Source of the DNA: an uncultured Planctomycetota bacterium
GTDB lineage: Bacteria; Planctomycetota; Planctomycetia; Isosphaerales; Isosphaeraceae
Assembly: GCA_963845755.1 (NCBI GenBank)
Contig: CAWJTV010000033.1
Span: forward strand, 320,001-384,000
DNA length: 64,000 nt
Direction: 5' to 3'
A program made the position numbers and the translations under genes. Within the stretch, counting starts at the first letter, position 1, and the number at the start of each line of letters is the position of its first letter. The notes under the pieces were generated by a model that made no database searches, was not told the DNA's origin, and worked only from the letters and a program-made list of their open reading frames with translations. Of this stretch, positions 54,724 through 64,000 are shown piece by piece.

Positions 54724-56857
54724 TCATTCGCGTGAGACGAGGATGACCACGGTGCGACCCGCCACGGTGTGGGTACTGCCGGCGACGAGCGGCTCTTGAC
54801 CGGCCTCGACGCTGTCCAGGGGCGATGGCTGGCTCGTATCCACGGACCGGTACCAGCGCCGACCGGGGATCGGCATGATGTCGAACTCCAGCGGCTCCCA
54901 GTACGTGTTCATCATGACGTGGAGGTCCTCGCCGCCGGTAAGGCCCCCCAGCGTGAAAGCCAGGGCTCGGGCGTCGGGGTCGTCCCAGCCCGGCTGGCCG
55001 AGCTTGGTGCCGTGCCAGGTCACGTCGGCCACGCCCCGCGCGTCTTTCTGGCCCGTGTAGAACTCCGGCAGGGAGAGCGTGGAGTGCGCCTTGCGGAAGG
55101 CAATCAGGCGGGTCCAGAACCGGAGCAGACCCGCATTCGCCCCAGGGAGATTCCAGTCGAACCAGCTCACGACATTGTCCTGGCAGTAGGCGTTGTTGTT
55201 CCCGCCCTGGGTGCGCCCGACCTCATCACCCATCACGAACATCGGCAAGCCCCGCGAGAGCATCAGGATCGCGGCGAAGTTCTTGATCTGGCAGACCCGC
55301 AGCGCCTGGATCGCCGGATCGGTCGTGTCGCCCTCGGCCCCGCAATTCCAGCTCGAATTGTCGTTGTTGCCATCGCGGTTGTCCTCGCCGTTGGCCTCGT
55401 TGTGCTTCTCGTTGTAGGAGACGAGGTCGTTGAGCGTGAAACCATCGTGGCAGGTGACGAAATTGATGCTATTGATCGGTAAATGCCCGCGCGACTGGTA
55501 CAGATCCGGGCTGCCGGCGATCCGCGTCGCGACCGCTCCCACGAGGCCCGGATCCCCCTTGACGAACTTGCGAATCGTGTCGCGGTACGAGCCGTTCCAC
55601 TCCGACCATCGGTAGCCCGGGTAATGGCCAACCTCGTAGGCCCCGTAGGCATCCCAGGCTTCCGCGATGATCCGGCTGTCTGACAGCGTATCCGATAATT
55701 CGATGTCCCAGATCACCGGCGGATTGGTCAGGATCGAGCCGTCCTCGCCGCGCGTCAATACGGTCCCCTCGTCGAAGCGAAAGCCGTTGACGTGCATCGC
55801 GTCGACCCAGTACTCGAGCGACTCCACGATCAACTTCCGACCGATCGGATGGTTGCACTGCAAGGTATTCCCGCACCCCGTGTAATCGAAATAAAACTGA
55901 CCATTCCCCGGCACGAGGTAGTAGTAATTGCTGTTGTCCAGGCCCTTGTAGCAATAGATCGGGCCGTCCTGATTCCCCTCATCCGTGTGGTTGAACACCA
56001 CGTCGAGGAACACCTGGATTCCCGCCCGATGCAACGCCTTGACCATATCGCGGAACTCGCGGACATGAGCCGCCCTCTGGGGGTTCGTGCAATACCCCGA
56101 GTGCGGGGCGAAGAAGCCCATCGTGCTGTATCCCCAGTAGTTCCTCAGGGGAGTGCCGTTGAATTCGCGCAAGACGTCGGTCTCGTCGAATTCGTGGACC
56201 GGCAGCAGCTCGACGGCCGTCACCCCGAGCGCCTTCAAGTAGGGGATCTTCTCGATCACACCGCTGAACTTCCCGGGATGTTGAACCTGGGCGCCGGGCG
56301 ATTGGGTGAATCCGCGGCACGTGCATCTCGTAGATGATCCGGGGCTCGCTCATGGGAGGATGAAGGGGCTGATCTCCCTCCCAATCGTAGCCGTCCTGGA
56401 CATCGATGATCCCGGTCCGGAGGGACGTTGCCAGGTTGTCGCCCGGTACGCAGGCGGCCCCGCGGTTCCAGAGGCGCTTGGTCATGCCCCGGGAGTAAGG
56501 GTCGATGAGGACCTTCTGGACGTCGAACCGCTGTCCCGCCGCGAGATCGTGCGGTCCGTCAACCCGGTAGCCATAGAACACCCCGGGTTTCAGCCCGCGC
56601 ACGTACGCGTGCCAGATCACGAATGACCTGTTGACCAGGGGGTCGAGCGGAATCGTCTGGATCGGCTGGGGATCGTCGTACTTCGCGAAGAGCAAGAGTT
56701 GGACGGCGGTCGCGTGCTCGCTGAAGAGGGCGAAGTTCACCCCGTCACGGTCCGGTGTGGCACCCAGCGGGTGATTCGCTCCCGGTTCGACCGAGTACGC
56801 GATCGAGGCGTCTTGACGATTCACGGGCGGTTCCTTGGTTACGGTGAGGACTGACAT
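54724..56857 (-). CDS. glgX: Glycogen debranching enzyme (GH13 isoamylase type), frameshifted
   Basis: HPLGAT..GVNFALFS, IIYEMHV, VELLPVH, NYWGY, LDVVFNHT, GFRFD, IAEAWD and INFVTCHDGFTL. Confidence 0.95.
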
Positions 56858-56911
56858 GAGACCACCTGAGATTGGGTTGAGCGAATCGGCCCAAACGGAC
56901 CATTCGAAGTG

Positions 56912-57700
56912 TCATCGGCCATCCCGGATCGCCTGCTCCGCGAGCCGCCGGGCGTTCCCCTGACCGAGGGCCTCGGCCTGCTGGGGCGCCAGGACCGATT
57001 CCTTGAGCTTCAGGTGGGCCGCTTCGGCGTAGAAGAACGGCGCGTGCGAGCCGAACAGGATCCGATCGTGCCCGATCTGGGCGACCAGTCGTTCGAGACC
57101 GGCCGCGCCTTCGAGCGTGGCGATATCGACCCAGATCCCTCCGGTCGCGAACAGCTTCTTCTGAGACTCGCCGAGAAAGTTCCCCAGGGCATTGAGGAGG
57201 ACAACCGGCGGATGAGACGGCGTGGCCAGCAAGCCGATTAGCGGGCGGGCGTCGGTCGTCGGCAGTCCCTTCAAGAGCGGGTGGAGCGTACGATCATCCT
57301 CCATCTTGAGTGCGATCTGGACGATCAGTTTGCGCCGGGCGGCTTCGCTCAGCAGTTCGGCGAAGGCGGGATGGTCGAGGGTATAGCCGTGATAGTTGGG
57401 ATGGAGACGAACTCCTGGCATCCGGTGCTGTTCGTGACAGCGGCGCAGGTCCTCGCGCCAGTCGGGCAGCAGCGGGTTGACGGCGCCAAACGGCCGAAAC
57501 AATCCATCGCCATGGGCCCGACACGTCTCGACCAGCCGCGCGTTCACACTCGCCAGGTCGCGGTGCAGGAGCGCATCGAAGCTGCCGGCCCACGCCTCGG
57601 TTACTCCCAGACTACGGAGCCGGCGCACCAGGGCCGCGGGCTCGTCGTCCGGGAGCCGGCGGAACGGCCATCGCGAGAGCCAGACATTGACGTCGATCAT
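56912..57700 (-). CDS. Amidohydrolase-2 family protein
   Basis: IDVN, GVRLHPNYHGY and RILFGSHAP...NARRL. Confidence 0.88.
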   Translation of the reverse strand: MIDVNVWLSRWPFRRLPDDEPAALVRRLRSLGVTEAWAGSFDALLHRDLASVNARLVETCRAHGDGLFRPFGAVNPLLPDWREDLRRCHEQHRMPGVRLHPNYHGYTLDHPAFAELLSEAARRKLIVQIALKMEDDRTLHPLLKGLPTTDARPLIGLLATPSHPPVVLLNALGNFLGESQKKLFATGGIWVDIATLEGAAGLERLVAQIGHDRILFGSHAPFFYAEAAHLKLKESVLAPQQAEALGQGNARRLAEQAIRDGR

Positions 57701-58477
57701 GGCTTGACCCCCTTCGCGTCGAGGATCGGCGTCAACAGGCGCCGGAGGTTCTCGCCGAGAATGAGCCGGCGATCCACCTCGGCGATGTCAGCTCCCATCA
57801 CCTTGGCGAGCTGCGACGCGAAGCTCCGGCCGGGTACGTCGCTGCCATAGACGATTCGCCGCGCACTCAGCTCGCGCACGGCCATCTCGACGAAGCCCGC
57901 CGTCGGGTCGGACCCGGCCAGGCCGATCGCGACGTTGGGCAGGTGGCGCACCACGCGGATGCCCAACTCCCACTGACCGCCGGTGTGTCCGCAGATGATC
58001 GACGCCTTCGGATGCCGCGACGCCAGGGCGGCCAGGTCCATCGGCGATGACTCGCCCGGCTCGTTGCCGCCGGCCTTGATCCAGGTGTGCTGGAAGACGA
58101 CCGCCTTCAACTCCTCCGCGCCGGACCAGGGCGTCGGCCTCGGGACAGTCGCACCGCGCGGCGACCCAGAGCTTCAGTCCGACCATCGGCCCGTCGCGGA
58201 CGCAGCGATCGATCTCGCGCAGGCTCGCCTCGACGTGCTTCGGATTCACGTACACGAACCCGAAAGCCCGATGATGCCAGTGGCTCAGCGCCTGGAGGAC
58301 CTGGTCGTTCTGCCGCCGTAGTTCCTCCGGCGACGGGTTGACGACCGTGCGCATGCCCATGTAGATGACCAGACGGTCAATCCCCATCCGGTCAGCCAGC
58401 CCGATCAACCGGGCCATCGACTCGTCAGGCGTCCGGCCGCCAGGGCTCGTGAGATGGCAGTGAAGGTCCCAGATCAT
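57697..58477 (-). CDS. Amidohydrolase-2 family protein (frameshifted)
   Basis: WDLHCH, GLKL, ICGHTGG and IVYGSD; stop overlaps next start. Confidence 0.88.
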
Positions 58478-58490
58478 TGTTCCAGCAGGT

Positions 58491-58588
58491 CGTTGGTAGT
58501 AGGTTGTTGGTAGTAGGCCGAGAACCAAAAACCGACTGATTGTTTCTACAGTCTTCAACGGCCTACTGCCTACTATCTACTGCCTACT
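58491..58588. repeat. Inverted heptamer arrays (AGTAGGY / GCCTACT)
   Basis: CGTTGGT AGTAGGT TGTTGGT AGTAGGC ... GCCTACT GCCTACT ATCTACT GCCTACT. Confidence 0.7.
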
Positions 58589-59090
58589 GCTCCTGGATTT
58601 TCAGGAGGTACGCGATCAAATCGGCCATCTGCGCCGGGGTGACGGATTTCTCGAGCCCCTCGGGCATCAGGGATTTGCCGGTGTTCCGGATCTCGGCGAT
58701 GTTGCGACGGAGGATGGTCTGTTCGGCTCCGTCGCGGGCGCGGAGCGTGAGACTGACGGGCGTCTCGGCCGCGATGAGCCCGGCGACAATCCGGCCGTCG
58801 TCCAGAGCGATCGTGTATTCCAGGAACTCGGGTGAAACCTCGCGATTCGGGTCGACAATGCTCATCAGGATTTCATCGGGGGTCTTGCGACGGATGCTGG
58901 CGAGGTTCGGTCAGACGGCCTCTGCGGCAAGGGGGTCGAGATGGAAACCTCCCTGGACCCGGAAGAACTCGCGGGCCTCGGCGGGCATCCTGGGCGTGGT
59001 CCGCGGCAATGGGTCGGTGGCGCCGGGATCAGTCCAGGAGATCATGACAAGTATGGCGAAGAGTGGCCCGATCGCGTGCGGATTTCCCAT
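58584..59090 (-). pseudogene. Internally deleted PVC-type membrane dehydrogenase / heme-binding protein
   Basis: N-terminal signal plus FRVQGGFHLDPLAAE joined directly to the extreme C-terminus (PNL...SIVDPNREV...SLMPEGLE...DLIAYL); CxxCH and propeller absent. Confidence 0.75.
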
Positions 59091-59094
59091 CCTC

Positions 59095-60127
59095 TCAGTC
59101 CGTCGTGATGAGCAGATACTTCTGGCCCCAGTCGGCATCGGGCGACTCGCCTCCTTCGTGTTTCGCCGCCCACTCGAGACACTGCCTCCGCTGGGAAGGA
59201 TCCTTGGGGAGTTTGACGGCGAGCTGGGCTGTGAGTAGCAAATTGCCGACCGCGGCCGGTTCCAGGACGTAGACCTTCTCGGCGCCTCGATCGTAAAAGC
59301 CGCTCACCATCTCCCGCGCGGTCTGGGGGGGCATTTCCATCACCCTATGGGTTGGGTACTTGACCGGATCGAGCCACTCGCGGGCCTCCGCCGTGGTCGA
59401 CTGCTCGATCATCGCGTCAACCTGCTTGTCCATCTCGGCGGCCGCAGCCTTGGGATCAAAGGCAAAGTCCTCGTCGGTAGCCGAATGGACCGCGTTGGCC
59501 CGGGTCGCGACTCGCTCGAATTTATTGAGGATTCGATAGATCCGCCAGCCAAACAGGGCGAACGCCAACACCGCAGCGAACGAGACGCCCACAGTTGCGT
59601 TGCTGACCCTCGTCTTTTCGATCTTCGCCGCCCGCTTGGCGATTTTCTTCTTCTGGGCGTCCGTGAGGGGCTTGTAGGGCTTGAGCCGTGAAGGCAGCGG
59701 CGCCGAGTCGTCGCCGCCGGTACTTGCTTGCGATGTTTCGTCCGGCTGGCCCCCTTGACTCCGAGGCGCCGACGGCTCCTCATTCAAACCATACACGTCC
59801 AGGCCGGAGGGCGTCAGAGATTCGGAGCCTCCGGCTCCCCCGGAGGAAGGTCGGGCCGAATCAGTCCGCTCCGGTGCGGTCGCGCGCAACCTGGATGCGG
59901 AACAAGGTGCCGCAACTCTTGCAGATGGTCTTCTTGCCGGCGTGTTCGGGGGAAATCCAGTGCCCCTGCCCGCAATGATCGCATTCCACGCGCAGCTTCG
60001 GGGCATCCTCCGTGGTGGGGAGGCGCATCACCTCGCCACACTCCTTGCAGGTCTTCCGACGTCCGGCGTATTTGTCGTCGAAAGCGTACGGCTTTCCGCA
60101 GGCCGGACACTGGCCCGTGATACTCAT
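59095..60127 (-). CDS. Double zinc-ribbon membrane protein (frameshifted)
   Basis: CPAC..CKEC and CDHC..CKSC, low-complexity linker, one TM helix. Confidence 0.7.
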
Positions 60128-60386
60128 CGATCTGACCTCGAGATGTGACTTCGTCGGCTCCGTGCCGTACTGCGAGATTCTGAACCATCTACGGGGTTCG
60201 ACACAAGACCTTCCCGAGGAATCAACTGCCGGCGGTGACTCCCCGGCCCCTACGCGCGATCATTCTCGCGATCGAGAGGCGAGTTCATGGGAGGATCGTG
60301 CCTTCAAACATGGTTGTGGTCTGGGAACAAGGTATTCGAAAGTCTTTTCTCTTATTAGGCTTAACGCTAATTCAACGATATTGCCG

Positions 60387-61053
60387 TTAAGGCGTAGGTT
60401 TGCGGCTCGCCGGTTTCTTGCGAGGGGATTTCACCTTCGCCCAGTCGTCCGCGACTTTCAACAGCCGGGCCAGCGGCAGCTCGAAGCCGGGTAGGAGCGC
60501 CGTGCGATAGGTCTCCTCGGCCTTGACGATCGTCTCGGTGGCCTCACCGGGGATGTTCTTGAAGATGACCATCGTGCGGTCGAAGCGGTCGATGACCCAG
60601 TATTCCCGGACGCCGATCGCCTGGTACTCGCGCCGCTTCTCCTGGTAATCCCGCACGCGATCCCGCTTCCGCTTCGAGACGAACTCGGCCACGATCGCGG
60701 GGATGTCCACAACCGGATCCGGCACGCGGCCCAGCCCGATCCAGACGACTCGGTCGGTGGCGCCGGCGACTGTCCGGAAGCGGGATATATTGCTCGGCCA
60801 GCGTCTTGTCCAGGCTTTTCCCTTCGGCGTGGGTTGCCTGATACAGGCGAAAGAGGAAGTCGAGTTCTCCATTGGGATCGCGCTCGGATTCGCCGGGTGG
60901 TGGGCTCACGATCAACACTCCATGGATCAACTCGTAGACGTAGCGGTCGTCACAATCGGTGACGGCGTCGAACTCCTCGGGCGTCATCAGCATGCCGTTG
61001 GACGATCGATCGAGCCGGAGCCTCTTGATTTTCGGTGCGGAAGCGGTGCTCAT
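60387..61053 (-). CDS. Uma2 (DUF820) family endonuclease-like protein (frameshifted)
   Basis: MTPEEF...YELIHGVL, PAIVAEFVS, KRREY..IGVREYWVID and LLPGFEL. Confidence 0.9.
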
Positions 61054-61113
61054 GATCGACGCTTACCCCATGGATTCGAGCCACGGATTGAACTCATCCC
61101 GATCCTGATCATT

Positions 61114-62026
61114 CTACTGCGCCGGGACGCTGGTACAGGAGACCTTGCGATCGATGCGCTTGAGCAACCCGGTGAGGACACGGCCAGGGCCAATCTCGTA
61201 GAAGGTATCGAACCCATCCGCGAGCATTCGTCGCATCGAGTCTTCCCAGCGAACGCCCTGGAGGACCTGGGCCACCAGGGTGCGGCGGATATCGTCCGGA
61301 TCGGAATGGGGCAGGGCGTTGACGTTGGAGTAGACCGGGATCCGCGGCGAAGCGATGGGAGTCTGGGCCAGAGCCTGCGCGAGCTGTTCGTCGGCCGGCT
61401 TCATCAGATCGGAGTGGAACGCGCCGGCGACGGAGAGCGGGACGGCCTTCATGGCACCCAACTCGGTGGCGATCGCGGGGACTTGCTCCAGGGCCGCCTT
61501 CTCCCCCGAGACGACGATGTTGCCCGGACCGAGCAGGTTGGCCTTCCAGAGCCGTCCCGAGGGTGCAATGCGCCGGCAGAGCTCGTTGCACAGCCGGCTC
61601 TTCGAGGCCGAGGACGCTGGTCATGCCGCTCGGCGTCGCCAGTGCCGCGGCCTGCATGGCCTGCCCGCGACGTCGGACGACCTGGAGGCCTGCCTCGAAT
61701 TCCAATGCCCCGGCGAACACCAGCGCGGTGTACTCGCCCAGACTCAGCCCGGCCGCTCCCTCGGCCGAGGCGACGAGATCCGAATTGCCGGCCTTCAGGC
61801 TTTCGAGGGCCGCCAGGCTGGCCACGAAGATCGCCGGCTGGCTCACGTCGGTCGCCCCGAGCGCCTCGGCCGGACCCTCGATGCACAGGCGCCTCAAGTC
61901 GATCCCGAGCAGCTCGCTGGCCCGGTCGAATAAGACTCGAACCGCGGGCAGCTCCCGGTCCAACTCGCGGCACATCCCCACAAACTGCGCCCCCTGGCCG
62001 GGGAAGAGAAAGGCGATCCTTGGCAT
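61114..62026 (-). CDS. fabD: Malonyl-CoA:ACP transacylase (frameshifted)
   Basis: AFLFPGQGAQ, SQPAI, GLSLGEY, LSVAGAFHS and EIGPG. Confidence 0.95.
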
Positions 62027-62112
62027 GGGCGTCCTTCCATCAGCGGACTCGGTGGGAGACATGTCGTGATCGCGTCGCGAACATCTCCCGTATCCGCAAT
62101 CGCTGGTCTCGT

Positions 62113-63173
62113 TCATAGCGGAGGGGCGGCGGCCTCGACGCCGGGGCATTCCGGGGCCGGCGATGGGGCGCCGGCCAACTGCTCGACGATCCGGGCGCTC
62201 GAGCGCTCGGAGGCCATCGTCCCGGCGACGCGGAGGGCATTCCTGATCGCCCGGACGCCGGAGGAGCCGTGGCAGATGATGCAGGCGCCGCGGATGCCCA
62301 GCAGCGGGGCACCACCGAACTCCTCATACTCATACCGGGCCTTGAGCCGCTTGAGGCTCGCAACGATCTTCTGGCCCGCGTCGCCCGGCAGGTCGGGCAA
62401 GAGCCGTGCGAGTTCCTGTTTGAGCTCCGAGAACAGGAACTCGACGGCCCCCTCGCCGGCCTTGAGCAGGACGTTGCCGACGAACCCATCGCAGATGACG
62501 ACCCGGACGTGTCCTTCATAGATATCGCGACCCTCGACATTGCCGTTGAATCGACCTGACCAGGCGCTTGCCTGATACATGGCCCGGGTCGCGCGCGTCA
62601 ACTCGGTCCCCTTCTCATCCTCGGTTCCCACGTTCAGGAGGCCAATGCGGGGGCTGGTCACACCCAGGATCTCCTCAGCGTACACGGCGCCCATGACGCC
62701 GTACTGATAGAGGTCCTCGGCCTTGGCATTCATGTTGGCGCCGACATCGATGATGACGATCGGGCCCTGATGCGACGGGAAGATCGCGGCAATACCGGGG
62801 CGGCGGACACCCGGGAGGAACATCTTCGCATTAAACAAAGCAGAGGCCACCATCGCGCCGGTGTTCCCGGCCGAAACGACCGCGTTGACCTCGCCGGCGG
62901 CCATCATCCCCCAGCATCGGGAGATCGAGCTGTCGCGCTTCTTCCTCAGGGCATCGACCGGCTTCTCGTCCATGCCGATGGCCTGGCTGGCATGGACGAT
63001 CGGCAGCCGGTCCCGGGCGCGGCCGGCGCCTTGGCCAGCTCCGCCTCGATCCGATCCTTGTCTCCGACGAGCACCGCTGTCAGCTCGGCCTGCTCCATGA
63101 TCGCCTCACAGGCTCCCGCAACGATCGGCCCGGGGGCGAAATCGCCCCCCATCGCATCTAGCCCTATGCGCAT
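62113..63173 (-). CDS. plsX: Phosphate acyltransferase (frameshifted near start)
   Basis: IGLDAMGGDFAP, VSAGNTGA, DVGAN, LLNVGTEDEKG, CDGFVGN, GGAPLLG and HGSS. Confidence 0.95.
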
Positions 63174-63378
63174 TTCACAACGCCTTTCGGCATCACTGAG
63201 GACAATGCAAATCTCCTCGCATCGCGTTCGCGGCGACGCGCTTCTCTGTTCTACGCATCTTGGCATCACTGAGGGCAGCACGAAAGGGGAAAGTGCCGCA
63301 CTCTTTGGTAGTCATCGACTTTCGTTATCGCAAATAGCAGGACTCCGGATTCATCGTAGGAGGCGTCGCGCGGGCCTG

Positions 63379-64000
63379 TCAAGCGGCGCGCGGCTCAACG
63401 GTGCGCACGCGCGCAACCCCCTCGGCCCACTTGCGGTCCTCAGGCTTCCGTGCCAGATTCAGCGGGGCGGAATAGTCGATCAGCTCGGAGTAACGACCCT
63501 TATCGTAGGCCATGGAGAACACCGAGCCCAGGTCCAGGATAAGATCCGGATCCGGGGGCAGTAGTGAGACGGGTATCGGTGGCAAGCGATCGCGCATCGT
63601 CCAGGCAAAGACGCCGCAATCGGGGCGCCGCTCAGCCCGCGCAATCAATGCATAGCAATCACCCCGGGGTAGCGACCGACCCATCGGCAGCCTCTGGCCG
63701 GTCAGCACGAAGTCGAATTCGATCAGGTGGACCTTCTGGTGGATCGTGTTCCGGCGTTTCACCCAATACGCCGACCATCCGACGCTCACCTTGTTCGTGG
63801 GTGAAAGCACCTCGATAACCGCGACCGGGGTTCGCTTCGGCAAGCGCCTGATTTCGATCCAGACGTCGCGGACTTCCATCGTGATCCGAGGCAGTGGGAT
63901 CGTCACGGGTTCGAGTGTCAATGTTCCCCCCGCCGGTTTCCGATGCACGGTCGCTCGGGAGGTCTTGCGGCCTCGCTGGATGATCGCCAGGTCGGGGAGG
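63379..64000 (-). CDS. DUF4058 family protein, 5' end outside window
   Basis: IEVLSPTNK...Y..KR...VHLIEFD and LPPIPVSLLPPDPD...LDL..VF...YD. Confidence 0.88.
   Translation of the reverse strand, partial: LPDLAIIQRGRKTSRATVHRKPAGGTLTLEPVTIPLPRITMEVRDVWIEIRRLPKRTPVAVIEVLSPTNKVSVGWSAYWVKRRNTIHQKVHLIEFDFVLTGQRLPMGRSLPRGDCYALIARAERRPDCGVFAWTMRDRLPPIPVSLLPPDPDLILDLGSVFSMAYDKGRYSELIDYSAPLNLARKPEDRKWAEGVARVRTVEPRAA

Overview
GC-rich bacterial DNA. Gene content (DUF1501, planctomycete cytochrome c-WD40, PPC-domain protein, DUF4058, Uma2, TIGR02999-type ECF sigma/kinase pair, PEP-CTERM) points to Planctomycetota, probably Isosphaeraceae-like (inference). Single-base frameshifts occur in many genes, including fabD and plsX, so I read them as long-read consensus errors rather than pseudogenization, and I join split ORFs. 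No rRNA, tRNA or CRISPR was seen. Main points: (1) An IS5-family element interrupts a Gfo/Idh/MocA gene. (2) A ~9.4-kb segment (3356-12758) is bounded by 377-bp direct repeats carrying a dif-like site. It holds a tyrosine-recombinase remnant and an ECF sigma plus a Ser/Thr kinase with 11 near-identical WD40 repeats. (3) An orphan double-glycine peptide sits with an NHLM-type HlyD and apparently fused tandem ABC exporter, next to a kinase-TPR gene, with no modifying enzyme. (4) A ~11.6-kb candidate nucleotide-centred conflict/defence island (43125-54712) encodes a divergent phosphofructokinase, a tandem degenerate Nudix protein, an APH/TCAD9-like kinase, two TPR-S-like proteins, an FAD-oxidoreductase fused to two NDT/DRHyd-like domains, SLATT, RyR and a PGDYG-like protein. 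(5) Inside that island's largest gene lies a MITE-like element with terminal inverted repeats and a target duplication, inserted in frame and adding 98 stop-free codons. The rest is mostly metabolic or housekeeping (gdhA, cyaB, glgX, amidohydrolases, fabD, plsX).
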